A DNA stretch of 64,000 bases from an uncultured Acidobacteriota bacterium. Lineage in GTDB: Bacteria > Acidobacteriota > Thermoanaerobaculia > Multivoradales > UBA5704. The notes beneath the pieces are model-generated. The model was given only the letters and a program-made list of their open reading frames with translations, searched no databases and was not told the origin of the DNA. The stretch spans positions 1,233,025-1,297,024 of the forward strand of contig CAWCYZ010000002.1 in the NCBI GenBank assembly GCA_963799925.1, read 5' to 3'. A program made the position numbers and the translations under genes. Positions 1-11,038 of the stretch are shown one piece after another. Each line of letters begins with the position of its first letter. Positions within the stretch are counted from its first letter, which is position 1.

Positions 1-981
<981 letters not shown>

Positions 982-1243
982 ACCGGCATTCTAGCCCGCA
1001 TCGAAGCGCCGCCTCTCCCGCGGAGCCAACGCCCGAGCCCTGCCGCGGCCGTCCTCGGGCCAAACCGAGACGGTACCCAGCTGGCTGCTACCCCCGCCCG
1101 CCGGCATAGAGCCGTCCAGCCCCGCTCCGGCCCGCATTGACCGGCGGGCCGAAGCGCGCTAGCCTCCCGGCCAGAAACGAAGCGTTTTTCAAAGTTCGGC
1201 ATCGCCGGCCGCTCGCGGTCGGCCCTTCCAGGAGAGCTGCACC

Positions 1244-2089
1244 ATGGCGCGCAGGCTGTTGGTTCTCCTCTTTCTGCTCACCGGCGCGTGGTCGGCGCGG
1301 GCGGCGCTCGCCGTGACGGCGGGCACGTCGACGGCCCAGAACCCGCGGGCTTCCTTCGCGACCCCGGGCGTCAAGCAGGTGACCCTCACCTCGTGCAATG
1401 CCGGCGGGTGCACCACCGTGACGAAATCGATCACGGTGCTCGACCCCACTCCGGTCGTCGACCAGGCGACGGTCGGCGGGTTGACGTTCACCGCCGGCCA
1501 GCTGGTGCGGCTGAGCGGCGCGGCGCACGGGCGCCCGCCGCTCGCCTACACCTGGAGAGTCCACTCGCTCGGACCGGAGGTCGACATCTCCGGCGCCTCC
1601 GCCTGGTGGAACACCTCGGCCGTGTTGCCCGGCGCCTACATGATCGATCTCCTGGTCCAGAACACCGACGGCACGGCGGTCTCGCTTCCGGTGCCGGTGG
1701 TGGTCACCGGCGATGCCGGCATGGGCTTCTACACCCTCGCTCCCTGCCGGGTGCTCGACACCCGCTCCAGCCTGCCCCTCGCCAGCAATGCGCCGCTCGT
1801 CATCCCGGTCGCGGGCGCCGCCGGCTGCGGCGTCCCGGCGAGCGCCCGCGCGGTGGCGATCAACGTCACCGTCGCATCGCCGACGGATACCGGCGTCCTG
1901 ACCCTCTATCCCGGCAACTACCCCCGCCCGGTGGTCTCGCTGATCAACTTCAGCGCCGGTGAGACCCGCGCCAACAGCGCCATCCTCGCCCTCGCCTCGG
2001 ACAACACCGGCTCGCTCGCCGCGGCCGCCACCGTGGGCACCAGCGGCACCGTCCATCTGATCGTCGACATCGACGGATACTTCCAGTAG
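1244..2089 (+). CDS. secreted hypothetical protein (signal peptide, beta-rich PKD-like N-half, conserved C-terminal PCRxLDTR...NVTV...DGYF module)
   Basis: 281-aa ORF with the signal-like N-terminus MARRLLVLLFLLTGAWSARAALA. Composition is protein-like, unlike the Arg-rich overlapping frames. Confidence 0.6.
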   Translation: MARRLLVLLFLLTGAWSARAALAVTAGTSTAQNPRASFATPGVKQVTLTSCNAGGCTTVTKSITVLDPTPVVDQATVGGLTFTAGQLVRLSGAAHGRPPLAYTWRVHSLGPEVDISGASAWWNTSAVLPGAYMIDLLVQNTDGTAVSLPVPVVVTGDAGMGFYTLAPCRVLDTRSSLPLASNAPLVIPVAGAAGCGVPASARAVAINVTVASPTDTGVLTLYPGNYPRPVVSLINFSAGETRANSAILALASDNTGSLAAAATVGTSGTVHLIVDIDGYFQ

Positions 2090-2095
2090 AGCCGG

Positions 2096-2905
2096 TCAGC
2101 CGGTCGAAGCGGGCAGCGGCTGGGGAACGGCCGGCGGGGCGTCGCGACGAGGGCCGAGGGCGTCGAAGTCGGCCTGGAAGACCGGGCCGGGGGCGTTCGC
2201 GACCCGCTTGAACCAGACCGCGGCGGCGGCGCCCGCCCCATCCTTCGGGTAGAACCAGGCGATCAGGCCGCGCTGGGGGTAGTCGCGGATGTCGTGGAGG
2301 TTGGGCTGCCCGAGGAGGCCGCGCACCTCGGCCGGGGCCATGCCCGGCTTGACCTTCGCGAAGCGCTCGGCGGTGACGTAGCGGTCGGCCTTCGCCGCGG
2401 CGAGCTGGCGCTCGAGCGGCGGGTAGGCGGGGTCGAGGGCGAGCGCCGACTCGCAGATCTCGGCCGCCTGCCGGTAGTCGCCGGCGCGGGCGATGAACTC
2501 GCGCGCCGCGCGGACCGCCTCGTCGCTGCGCATGTGGAGCGCGGCGCGCTCGCGCGGCGAGATCGGCTGGCCCGTCTCCGGCCCGTGGCGCTCGAGGTAG
2601 CGCTGGAGACGCGTCTGATAGCCCGCCGCGCGCCGCGCCGCATCCGCCTCCCGGCGCGCGGCATCCGCGCCGGGAGGAAGGGTGGCCAGCCGGTCGCGCT
2701 CGGCGTCGAGCGAGCGCTTGGTCTCGACGAGCCAGCTCCATTCCCGCGCGTCGCCCGCCGCGCCGCCGTCCTGCGGGCAGCCGAGCAGCACGCAGGGTGC
2801 GAGCAGCGCGAGCAGTGACAGCGCGGCCGCGAGCGCAGGAGGCAGGAGCTTCTGCAGGAGCTTCTGTAGAGGGCGATAACGGCTAGGCGAGGGCTGCAAC
2901 CGCAT
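2096..2905 (-). CDS. lipoprotein with SmpA/OmlA (BamE-like) C-terminal domain
   Basis: The internal ATG at 2905 gives MRLQ...LLALLAPCVLLGC (lipobox LLGC). The C-terminus VKPGMAPAEVRGLLGQP...WFYP resembles the SmpA/OmlA fold motif. The start is uncertain. Confidence 0.6.
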   Translation of the reverse strand: MRLQPSPSRYRPLQKLLQKLLPPALAAALSLLALLAPCVLLGCPQDGGAAGDAREWSWLVETKRSLDAERDRLATLPPGADAARREADAARRAAGYQTRLQRYLERHGPETGQPISPRERAALHMRSDEAVRAAREFIARAGDYRQAAEICESALALDPAYPPLERQLAAAKADRYVTAERFAKVKPGMAPAEVRGLLGQPNLHDIRDYPQRGLIAWFYPKDGAGAAAAVWFKRVANAPGPVFQADFDALGPRRDAPPAVPQPLPASTG

Positions 2906-3056
2906 GTGAGAACGCGCACGGTAGCACAGCCCGGCGCCCCTCACAACGCGCGGCGGCGTACACCGGGTTTGGCGAGGCGCTCCGCTTGACGCCGAGGAAT
3001 GCGTATAATCAAGCCCGAGAGCCTACGCCCATCGGGACTTACGCGGAGAGTCGAGG

Positions 3057-4643
3057 ATGTCCTTTTCCGAACGAGTGGAGAAACTGGACCGGGAGATCGG
3101 CGCCACCTTCGAGCGCGCGCTCGGGACGCTCCGGCGCGATCTGTCCGAGCGCCTGCGCGCCAGCAACGAGCAGCTCCTCCAGAGCATCGCAGAGATCAAG
3201 CCCGAGCTGCCCTCCCGGCTGCTCGCCGACGAGCACGTCGCGCCGTTCGCCCAGGAGGCGACCGGAACGGCGCGCCACGGCGCCTTCGCCGAGCTGCGCG
3301 ATGCGGTCGCGGAGATCGATTCGGCACGCTCGCAGGCGGCGATCCTCTCGGCGCTCCTCGCCAGCGGACGGCGCTTCGCCTCGCGCACGGCGATCCTCAT
3401 CTCCCGCGGCGGCCAGATTCAAGGCTGGGGGGCGCAGGGCTTCGGCGGTGACGAGCAGGCGATCCGCGGCCTGACCCTCGACGCCGCGGCCGACGGTGCC
3501 GACACCGCGCACGGCGCGGCTACCGCCTGGGCGCGCCTCTCCCGCGGCGAGGGCGCGACGCGGCTCTCCGCCGCCGAGTGCGCCGACCTCTGCAGCCGCC
3601 TCGAGAGCCCGCTGCCGCATGACGGCGTCCTGGTGCCGCTGATCCTGCGCAACCAGCTCGCCGCGATGCTCTACGCCGATCGGTTGGACGGCGCCGACCT
3701 GATGGTCGAGGGCCTCCAGACGCTCGCCTACGTCGCCTCCCAGGCCATCGAGTCGCTCCCCTTCCGCGAGCGCGCCGCGACCGCCACCCTGCGCCTGGCC
3801 GATCAGCCGACGGCGGCATCGGCGGCCACCGAGCCCGCCTATGCCGCCGCCGCCGCCGAGCCCGCCCATGTCGCCGCCGAGCCGGAATCTCCAGCCGCCG
3901 AGGCGAGCGCCGCCGAGGCGTCCGCGACCGAGGCCGCGGCGGCGGCTCCAGAGGCCGGCGAGGCGACCGAGCCGGAAGCCCCCGCGCCCGCCCGGCCGGC
4001 CGCACCGGAGCCCGAGCCGGCAGCCGCCCCGTCCGCCTGGGCCCGCACGCAGGAGGTCCCGCGCGTCGACGAGCCGACCGCCGGCGCGCCGGAACCGCGC
4101 GCCGAGGTCGCCGGCCCCGCCGAGACGGTGCTCCTGCCGCGCGCCGCCTTCGCCTCGGCGCCGACGCCGGCGGCCGCCCCCCCCGGCGAGCCCGCCGAGC
4201 TCGATGAAGTCACCCAGGCCGGCGGCCCGCGCGCGGTCCCCGCCGGCGGCTTCGCCGAACCCGCCGGAGCCGACGCCGCGCGCGGCGCGGCCAGCTCGCC
4301 GACCGGCACTCCCGAGGTGCGGCCGCCCTCCGGCGTCCAGGGACCGGGCTGGGCGTTCGCGACGGCGCGCGTCAACGTCGCCGCCGACGACGAAGCGCTG
4401 CACGAGGAGGCGCGGCGCCTGGCGCGCCTCCTCGTCTCCGAGATCAAGCTCTACAACGAGGAGCAGGTCGAGGAAGGGCGGCGCAACCGCGATCTCTACG
4501 AGCGTTTGAAGGACGACATCGACCGCTCGCGCCAGATGTACGAGGAGCGGGTCGAGCCGCGGGTGCTGCGCTCCACCGACTACTTCTACCAGGAGCTGGT
4601 CCGCATCCTCGCCGCTGGGGATTCGAAGGCCCTGGGCATCTGA
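3057..4643 (+). CDS. hypothetical protein: GAF-like N-domain, ~190-aa Pro/Ala/Glu-rich linker, conserved charged C-terminal domain
   Basis: 528-aa ORF with GAGG 5 nt upstream of the ATG. The C-terminus is ARRLARLLVSEIKLYNEEQVEEGRRNRDLYERLKDDIDRSRQMYEERV. No family name is recognised with certainty. Confidence 0.6.
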   Translation: MSFSERVEKLDREIGATFERALGTLRRDLSERLRASNEQLLQSIAEIKPELPSRLLADEHVAPFAQEATGTARHGAFAELRDAVAEIDSARSQAAILSALLASGRRFASRTAILISRGGQIQGWGAQGFGGDEQAIRGLTLDAAADGADTAHGAATAWARLSRGEGATRLSAAECADLCSRLESPLPHDGVLVPLILRNQLAAMLYADRLDGADLMVEGLQTLAYVASQAIESLPFRERAATATLRLADQPTAASAATEPAYAAAAAEPAHVAAEPESPAAEASAAEASATEAAAAAPEAGEATEPEAPAPARPAAPEPEPAAAPSAWARTQEVPRVDEPTAGAPEPRAEVAGPAETVLLPRAAFASAPTPAAAPPGEPAELDEVTQAGGPRAVPAGGFAEPAGADAARGAASSPTGTPEVRPPSGVQGPGWAFATARVNVAADDEALHEEARRLARLLVSEIKLYNEEQVEEGRRNRDLYERLKDDIDRSRQMYEERVEPRVLRSTDYFYQELVRILAAGDSKALGI

Positions 4644-4736
4644 GCGATTGAAGCAGCGTCGTACGCGGGCCCGAGCGGGTCCCGCCGGCCCGCCGCGGCA
4701 CGTCGCCGGCGGCGGGCCTTAAGTCTTGGAGTCACC

Positions 4737-7103
4737 GTGAGCCGTCTCTTCACCTTCGTTCGCCGTCCCCGGTCCCTCGCCCTCACCCTGTCCATTCTGC
4801 CGCTCCTCCTGGGCGCCCTCGGCGCGGCGCCCGCGCCGCCTCCGATGGCCGCGGCATCGCCCGCGCCGCCTCGGATTGCCGCGGCGGCATCGGTACCGCG
4901 GACCTCCCCTCCTGCCGCCGTGGCCGCTCCGGTCGCCATGGCCGCTGCCGCCATTTCGCCCGTCGCCGCCGGCACCGGCCGGCCCGAGCGCGACGTCGAC
5001 ATCGCCCGCACCTATGCGGCGGCGGCGGCGGCCCTGCGCCGGCGCGACTGCGCGGCGGCCGATCGGTCCCTGGCGCCGCTCCTGGCGCGGCCCAAGGCGG
5101 AGGCCACCTTCGCGCGCCTGGTCTCCGGCCTCTATGCCCACGCCTGCGAGCAGGTGGGGCTCGCCGAGGAGCGGCTCTTCGCCGCCGCCGATCCGGGCGG
5201 CGTGCTCGAGGACTGGCGGCTGCTCCTCCTCTCCGACAGCGCCGCGGCGCGCGGCCACGTGCTCCTCGCCCAGGCGGCGCTCGCCAAGCTCCTCGGCGAC
5301 TATCCCGGCTCGCCGCTCGGGCCGCGCGCGCTGGTTAAGGCGACGAGCCTCGCCTGGAGCCAGAAGAACGCCAACCGCGCCTTCGAGATGATCCAGCGCG
5401 GGCGCGACTGGAAGGTCACGGGCGAGCCAGCGGCGCAGCTCGAGAGCCTCGCCTGGCAGATTGCCGGCGCGAGCGGCGATCGCGCCAAGCAGGCGGAGGC
5501 GGCGCGGCGCCTCCTCATCCAATCGCCCGCCGAGGCGGCGAGCCTGCACGTCGCCGACCTCTTCCGCACCCCGAGCGGCGGTCTCGATTGGTCCGATCTC
5601 CTCTCGGCCGCGCAGCTCAAGAGCCGCGCCGAGTCGCTCCTCGCGCTCGATCTCGAGACCAATGCCCTGGCCGCCCTCGAGGCGGTGCGGACGCACGACC
5701 GCGACGTCGGCTGGTACGTGCTCAAAGCCGACATCCTGACCCGCGACCACCTGGGGCTCGAGGCCCTGACACTGCTGTCACCGCTCTCCTCGAACGACGC
5801 CAGGGAGCAGGCGCGGCTCGAGTGGGCACGGGCGCATGCCGCGCTCGACGTCGCCGCCGCCCACCGCGGCCGCGCCAACCTCTCCGCCGTCGACCGCCGG
5901 TCGTTCCAACAGATCGGGGTGCAGCACCTGCGCAAGGTGATCGAGCTGGGGGCGGAGCCCGAGCTCGCGGCGAAGGCTCTGCGCGCGCTCTACGCCGACT
6001 TCGCCGAATCGGAGCTCTTCGACCGCGCCATCGAGACCCTGAAGCAGCTGCGCCGCCTCGATCCGGCCGACACCACCGGCGCCGCGAACCTCTGGGCGCT
6101 CGGCTGGCGCGAGTACTCGCGGCGCAACTACTCGGGCGCCGTCGGCTACTGGACCGAGCTCGCCGAGCTCTATCCCGGGGAAGGCAACGCGCGGCGCGGC
6201 CGCTACTGGACGGCGCGGGCGTTCGAGGCCTTGGGCGAGCCGGCACGGGCGCAGGAGATCTATGGCGAGATCGCCGCCGCCGACACCGCCGACTTCTACC
6301 GCCGTAGCGCCCAGGTGCGGATGAAGGGGCCGGCGCCGGTACCGAGCGTGCGGTTCGCCGTCGACGCGAGCTCGGGGCGCCCCGCCGCGGCATGGCCGAA
6401 CGACCCGGTGCTCGAGCGCGCGCGCCTGCTCTCCGACGTCGGGCTCGACGACCTGGCGAGCTCGGAGATCGACGTCGTCAAGCCGAAGGCGCAGCCGCGG
6501 GCCCTCGCGGCGTTGAACGCCCTCCTCCTGGCGCGCCGCGGCGAGCGGCGCAAGAGCATGCTCGCCATTCGCGCGGCGTTCCCGGCGCTCGGCTCGCCCA
6601 ATCAGGCGGGCGTGCCGCAGGAGGCCCTGCGCCTCTACTACCCGCTCGACTACCAGGAGCCGGTGCGGAGCTGGGCGGCGCGCAACCGCCTCCCCGCCTC
6701 CCTGGTCTACGGCATCATCCGCCAGGAGAGCGCCTTCGATCCCGGCGTCACCAGCGCCGCCGGCGCCCGCGGCCTGATGCAGCTCATGCCGGGCACGGCG
6801 CGCGAGCTGGCCCACCAGTTCGGCGTGCCCTTCGCGCCCGACCGGCTGACCGACCCGTCCTACAACCTGCAGCTCGGGACCACCTACTTCCGTCAGGTGA
6901 TGTCGATGTTCGACGACAACCTGGAGCTCGCCCTCGCCGGCTACAACGGCGGCCCCTATCGCATCAAGCGCCTTTGGCACGAGCGCGGCGGCGAGCTCGA
7001 CCGCTTCCTCGAGGGGCTCGACCTCGAGGAGTCGAAGACCTACGTCAAGCGGATCCTGGTGCTCTCGGACAGCTACCGCCAGCTCTATCCGCAAGCCGGT
7101 TGA
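4737..7103 (+). CDS. soluble lytic murein transglycosylase (SLT domain, superhelical N-domain)
   Basis: GTG start followed by a signal-like segment. SLT catalytic region: LVYGIIRQESAFDPGVTSAAGARGLMQLMPGTA...AGYNGGPYRIKR. Confidence 0.85.
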   Translation: MSRLFTFVRRPRSLALTLSILPLLLGALGAAPAPPPMAAASPAPPRIAAAASVPRTSPPAAVAAPVAMAAAAISPVAAGTGRPERDVDIARTYAAAAAALRRRDCAAADRSLAPLLARPKAEATFARLVSGLYAHACEQVGLAEERLFAAADPGGVLEDWRLLLLSDSAAARGHVLLAQAALAKLLGDYPGSPLGPRALVKATSLAWSQKNANRAFEMIQRGRDWKVTGEPAAQLESLAWQIAGASGDRAKQAEAARRLLIQSPAEAASLHVADLFRTPSGGLDWSDLLSAAQLKSRAESLLALDLETNALAALEAVRTHDRDVGWYVLKADILTRDHLGLEALTLLSPLSSNDAREQARLEWARAHAALDVAAAHRGRANLSAVDRRSFQQIGVQHLRKVIELGAEPELAAKALRALYADFAESELFDRAIETLKQLRRLDPADTTGAANLWALGWREYSRRNYSGAVGYWTELAELYPGEGNARRGRYWTARAFEALGEPARAQEIYGEIAAADTADFYRRSAQVRMKGPAPVPSVRFAVDASSGRPAAAWPNDPVLERARLLSDVGLDDLASSEIDVVKPKAQPRALAALNALLLARRGERRKSMLAIRAAFPALGSPNQAGVPQEALRLYYPLDYQEPVRSWAARNRLPASLVYGIIRQESAFDPGVTSAAGARGLMQLMPGTARELAHQFGVPFAPDRLTDPSYNLQLGTTYFRQVMSMFDDNLELALAGYNGGPYRIKRLWHERGGELDRFLEGLDLEESKTYVKRILVLSDSYRQLYPQAG

Positions 7104-7104
7104 C

Positions 7105-8562
7105 GTGCGCGCCGCGGGCCTCGTCGAGGGAGGCCTCCTGGCGCTCGCCCTTCTCGCCGGCTGCCGCCACGAGCCGGCCCGGCCGGGCAGCGGACCGATC
7201 GTCCTCGTCACCTTCGACGGCCTGCGGGCCGACATGGTCGGCAGCCTCGGCGGCGAGAAGGGGCTGACCCCCAACTTCGACCGCCTTGCCGCCGGCGCCG
7301 CCTGGGCGGGGCGGGCCATCGCGCCCTCCTCCTGGACGGTGCCGTCCATGGCGTCGCTGTGGACCGGCCTGCGCCCCTGGCAGCACCAGGCGATCGGCCC
7401 GGCGCGGCCGGTGCTCTCGGCAGATCTCCTCACTCTTCCCGAGGCCCTCCAGGCCGCCGGGTACCGCACCCGCGGCTTCCCCTCCGGCCCCTGGCTCACG
7501 CCGCGCTCGGGCTACGGCCGCGGCTTCGACGAGCTGGTCGCCTTCGGCGACGGCGAAGCGGCCGCCGCCCGGCTCGCGCATCTCTCGAGCGGGCGTGAAT
7601 TCGTCTGGATCCACATCCCCGAGCCGCACGTGCCGTGGGTGCGCCGGCCCTGGCTGCGGGATAACCTCCCCGGCGCTCTCCAGCGGGGGCTGCCAGGCGG
7701 CCTGCCGCGGAGCGTCGACGCCTTGGACCTGGCCGACTTCTCCGATCCGCAGAAGCCGCTCGCCGGCGACGACCGCGAGTCCTACCGGGCGCTCTACCTG
7801 CTGAACGTGGTATGGGCGGACATCCGGCTGGGGCTCCTCCTGGATGCGATCCAGGCGAGCGGCCAGTGGGGGCGCACTCTCCTCGTGGTCACCGCGGCCG
7901 AGGGCGAGGCGCTGGGCGAGGATGGGCAGGTGCTCACCGGCGGCGACCTCGGCCGCGAGCTGATCGAGGTGCCCCTCGCGATCAAGCTCCCGGCCGGCCC
8001 GGCGCGCGGGCTCGCGCCGGGGCTCTCCGTACGGCGCGGCGAGCGGCCGGCCACCCAGCGGCTCTTCGCGACCCTCCTCGAAGCGGCCGGCGAGGCGCCC
8101 GCCCCGGCGGTGGCGCCGAGCCTCTGGCGCGGCGCCCGGGCGGAGGGCGACGGCCGCTCCGAGCCGGTTCTCTCCGAGCTCTACCTCTCAGGGGGGGAGA
8201 ACCGCCTCTCGCTGGTCGATGGCGACGACCAGCTCCTCTGGGAGACGCGCTTCGTGCCGCCATCGCCGGCGCTCCACCGCGCGAGCTTCGCGAGCCGGGT
8301 ACGGCCGGTGCTGCCGCCCATGGCCTTCCCCGCCGGCTTCACCCGGCTCGCCGCCGCCTTCGACGCCGCGCTGCCGCTCTCCGGCGCCCCGCCGGCGCTC
8401 TCCCTGAGACGCTGGGACGGGGCGAGCGGCAGCCGCCCGCGCACCGACCCCGCCCGCCGCACCGCCCTCGCCGCCCGTCTCGAGTCCGCCTGGAGGAGCT
8501 TCCTGCCCGAGGAGGCGACTCCGGCGGAGGAAGCCCGCGAGCGCGCGCTTCCGGAGCGATAG
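7105..8562 (+). CDS. sulfatase-like hydrolase/transferase (alkaline phosphatase superfamily)
   Basis: IVLVTFDGLRADMVG...LTPNFDRLAAG...SSWTVPSMASLWTGLRPWQH matches the metal-binding and nucleophile region of sulfatase / phosphoethanolamine-transferase type enzymes. Thr occupies the Cys/Ser position. Confidence 0.75.
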   Translation: MRAAGLVEGGLLALALLAGCRHEPARPGSGPIVLVTFDGLRADMVGSLGGEKGLTPNFDRLAAGAAWAGRAIAPSSWTVPSMASLWTGLRPWQHQAIGPARPVLSADLLTLPEALQAAGYRTRGFPSGPWLTPRSGYGRGFDELVAFGDGEAAAARLAHLSSGREFVWIHIPEPHVPWVRRPWLRDNLPGALQRGLPGGLPRSVDALDLADFSDPQKPLAGDDRESYRALYLLNVVWADIRLGLLLDAIQASGQWGRTLLVVTAAEGEALGEDGQVLTGGDLGRELIEVPLAIKLPAGPARGLAPGLSVRRGERPATQRLFATLLEAAGEAPAPAVAPSLWRGARAEGDGRSEPVLSELYLSGGENRLSLVDGDDQLLWETRFVPPSPALHRASFASRVRPVLPPMAFPAGFTRLAAAFDAALPLSGAPPALSLRRWDGASGSRPRTDPARRTALAARLESAWRSFLPEEATPAEEARERALPER

Positions 8563-8633
8563 GCGAACCGCCTTTTTCCGTAGCTCCGGGCTCTGCGCTA
8601 TACTGACAAACCGCTTTAGAGGGTTCTCGCCCT

Positions 8634-8706
8634 GGGTCCATAGCTCAGCGGTTAGAGCGTCCGGCTCATAACCGGCAGGTCCCTGGTTCGAATCCAGGTG
8701 GACCCA
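8634..8706 (+). tRNA. tRNA with CAT anticodon (elongator Met, or Ile2 if lysidine-modified)
   Basis: Cloverleaf read by hand: acceptor GGGTCCA/TGGACCC+A, D arm GCTC-AGCGGTTA-GAGC, anticodon loop CTCATAA, T arm CCTGG-TTCGAAT-CCAGG. CCA is not encoded (CCG follows). Confidence 0.85.
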
Positions 8707-8784
8707 CCGACCGAGGGAGTTCGGGTTGGAGACTGCAAGGAAAGATCAAGTTCCCGTAACCCCGCAAGGGGGGTTCGTGTACCC

Positions 8785-8820
8785 GGAGGGTGCTTCGCGA
8801 GAGGCACCCTCCTTCGTTTT
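8785..8820 (+). terminator. rho-independent terminator after tRNA-CAT
   Basis: GGAGGGTGC-ttcgcgagag-GCACCCTCC followed by TTCGTTTT. Confidence 0.65.
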
Positions 8821-8847
8821 CGGATGGTTGACCATCGAGAGGAGTGG

Positions 8848-9600
8848 ATGCTTGCAATGACTCAGCACCTCGAAACCATCGTGGAGCTGCAGGGGGCGCT
8901 CGACCAGCTCCGGGATGCCGAGCAGCGCCTCCACGGCATTCCCGATTGGATGAAGGAGCTCCACGAGGAGCACACGGCGAGCCAGGCCGAGATCGAAGCG
9001 CTGGAAGCGAGCGCCGAGGCGCTCGCCCACGACCGCCGGGCCGCCGAGGCGGCGATCGCCGATGTCCAGGAGAAGCTCAAGAAGTACCAGCAGCAGATCA
9101 ACAAGGTGAGCACCCAGCGCGAGTACGGCGCCCTGCTGCAGGAGATCGACACCGCCAAGGCGCAGATCGCCGCCTCCGAGGAGCAGGCCTTGTCGTTGAT
9201 CGAGCGCTACGACCAGATCCAGGCGGAGCTGGCCGCCAAGCGCGAGACCTTCCGCGAGGTCGAGGAGCGCTATGCCGTCGAGCTCGCCCGCTGGGAGGGG
9301 GAGAAGCCGGCCGTGGCGCAGCAGGTCGACGAGCTCAGCGGGCGGATCGCGGTGTTGAAGGACCGCCTGCCGAAGGGGCTCGTCTCCCAGTACGAGCGCA
9401 TCCGCGAGCGCCACCCGAGCGGGGCCCTCGCCCCCATCCGCCTCCTCGAGCGCCCGGGCCGCGGCCAGCGCGAGTGGCACTGCGGCATCTGCAGCTACCG
9501 AGTGCGGCCGCAGGTGGTGGTGGAGATCAAGAACAACGGCAGCCTCGTCCAGTGCGACAGCTGCAAGCGCATCCTCTACGTCGAGGAGGTCGCCGTCTGA
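8848..9600 (+). CDS. coiled-coil protein with C4 zinc-ribbon C-terminus (COG1579/DUF164-type)
   Basis: ATG at 8848 is preceded by GAGAGGAG. Long heptad-like region, then CGICSYRVRPQ...VQCDSCKRILY. The ORF-track start at 8698 overlaps the tRNA and is rejected. Confidence 0.8.
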   Translation: MLAMTQHLETIVELQGALDQLRDAEQRLHGIPDWMKELHEEHTASQAEIEALEASAEALAHDRRAAEAAIADVQEKLKKYQQQINKVSTQREYGALLQEIDTAKAQIAASEEQALSLIERYDQIQAELAAKRETFREVEERYAVELARWEGEKPAVAQQVDELSGRIAVLKDRLPKGLVSQYERIRERHPSGALAPIRLLERPGRGQREWHCGICSYRVRPQVVVEIKNNGSLVQCDSCKRILYVEEVAV

Positions 9601-9655
9601 GCTCGGCCGTGAGCCGGCCCGCGGAGCGGCTCCGCGTCCGCCTGTCGATGCGGCC

Positions 9656-10357
9656 ATGACCACGGAGATCGCCGCGCGGCTCGCCGCCGTGCGCCAGGAC
9701 ATCGTCGAAGCCTGTGCGCGGAGCGGCCGCCGGCCCGACGAGGTCGTGCTGGTCGGCGCCAGCAAGACCCAGCCGGCGGCAGCCCTCCGCGAGGCCTGGG
9801 AGGCGGGCCTCCGCGTCTTCGGCGAGAACCGGGTGCAGGAAGCGGCGGCCAAGCGGCCCGAGCTCCCGGCGGCGATCGACTGGCACTTGATCGGCCCCCT
9901 GCAGTCGAACAAGGTCAGGCAGGCGCTCGACCTCTTCTCGACCATCCACTCGATCGACCGGCCGAAGATCGCCTGGAGCGTCGACCGCGAGGCGGCGGAG
10001 CGCGGCTGCCAGCTCCAGGGCTTCCTCGAGGTCAACCTGGCGGGCGAGGAGTCGAAGCACGGCTTCCCGGCCGCCGGGCTCGCCGCGGCGGCCCGCCCGC
10101 TCGCCGCGCTCGCGCACCTCCAGATCGTCGGCCTGATGGCGATCCCGCCGCAGGGCGAGGACGCCGAGGCCTCGCGCCCCTGGTTCCGGCGCCTGCGCGA
10201 GCTGCGCGACGAGCTCGGCGCGCAGCCGGAGTGGCAGGGCTTCCCCGGCTACCTTTCGATGGGCATGAGCGGCGACTTCGCGGTGGCGGTCGAAGAGGGG
10301 GCGACTCACGTCCGCGTCGGAACGGCCCTCTTCGGCGAGCGCCGTCGGCGGGAATGA
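9656..10357 (+). CDS. yggS: YggS-family pyridoxal-phosphate homeostasis protein
   Basis: VVLVGASKTQP...RVFGENRVQEA...WHLIGPLQSNKV...GLMAIPP...LSMGMSGDF...G(A)THVRVGTALFG are hallmark YggS motifs. Confidence 0.9.
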   Translation: MTTEIAARLAAVRQDIVEACARSGRRPDEVVLVGASKTQPAAALREAWEAGLRVFGENRVQEAAAKRPELPAAIDWHLIGPLQSNKVRQALDLFSTIHSIDRPKIAWSVDREAAERGCQLQGFLEVNLAGEESKHGFPAAGLAAAARPLAALAHLQIVGLMAIPPQGEDAEASRPWFRRLRELRDELGAQPEWQGFPGYLSMGMSGDFAVAVEEGATHVRVGTALFGERRRRE

Positions 10358-10531
10358 AAACGCGGCAGCGCTCGCGGCTCCATGCTGTGACGGGCTAAAC
10401 TAGCCAGCGACAAGACTTTCCCGCCGCCACCGCCGCAGGCATGGTAACATCTGCATCCCTTTATCCGCTGAGACGACTCACCTCGGTCGGCTGCCATGGC
10501 AGCGCCGTCGACTGAACCAGGAGGCTCGCCC

Positions 10532-11038
10532 ATGGCCCTCACTCCGCTCGACATCCAGAAGATGCGCTTCCCCCAGAAGATGCGGGGCTTCGATCCCACC
10601 GAGGTGGAGAACTTCCTGTCGCTGGTGGCCGAGGAGCTGGCCGCCAAGGCGTCGCAGCTCGACAAGGCCGAGCGCGAGAACCGCTACTACCGCCAGCGCC
10701 TGGAGGAGACCGAGCACCGCGAGCACCAGCTCCAGCAGACTCTCCTGCAGGCGCAGAAGGTCTCCGACGAGATCACCGCCAACGCCCGCCGCGAGGCCGA
10801 GCTGACCTTGAAAGAGGCCGAGCTCGCCGCCGACCGCATGGTCGAGCAGGCGATCGAGCAGGCGACCCGCTTCGAGGCGAAGATCACCGAGATGCGCACC
10901 ATGCGCCGCGAGCTGCAGATGAAGTTCAAGAACACGATCGACCTCTTCCAGCGCATCCTCGAGGCCGACACCGAGGAGGAGCGGGCGACGGCGACGGTCC
11001 ACACGCTGACGCGCAAGCGGCGGGAAGGCTCGGCGTGA
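10532..11038 (+). CDS. divIVA: DivIVA domain-containing protein
   Basis: AGGAGG lies 8 nt upstream of the ATG at 10532. MALTPLDIQKMRFPQKMRGFDPTEVENFLSLVAEEL is the canonical DivIVA N-terminus, followed by a coiled coil. Confidence 0.85.
   Translation: MALTPLDIQKMRFPQKMRGFDPTEVENFLSLVAEELAAKASQLDKAERENRYYRQRLEETEHREHQLQQTLLQAQKVSDEITANARREAELTLKEAELAADRMVEQAIEQATRFEAKITEMRTMRRELQMKFKNTIDLFQRILEADTEEERATATVHTLTRKRREGSA

Noticed and set aside
8634-8706. Initiator tRNA-fMet.
   Set aside because: Positions 1 and 72 form a G-C pair rather than the C1xA72 mismatch. The anticodon stem also lacks the three consecutive G-C pairs that are characteristic of bacterial initiators. This is an elongator Met or Ile2 tRNA.
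8698-8847. Upstream start of the zinc-ribbon gene at 8698.
   Set aside because: It would overlap the tRNA 3' end and the terminator hairpin. An SD-preceded ATG at 8848 fits the conserved N-terminus.
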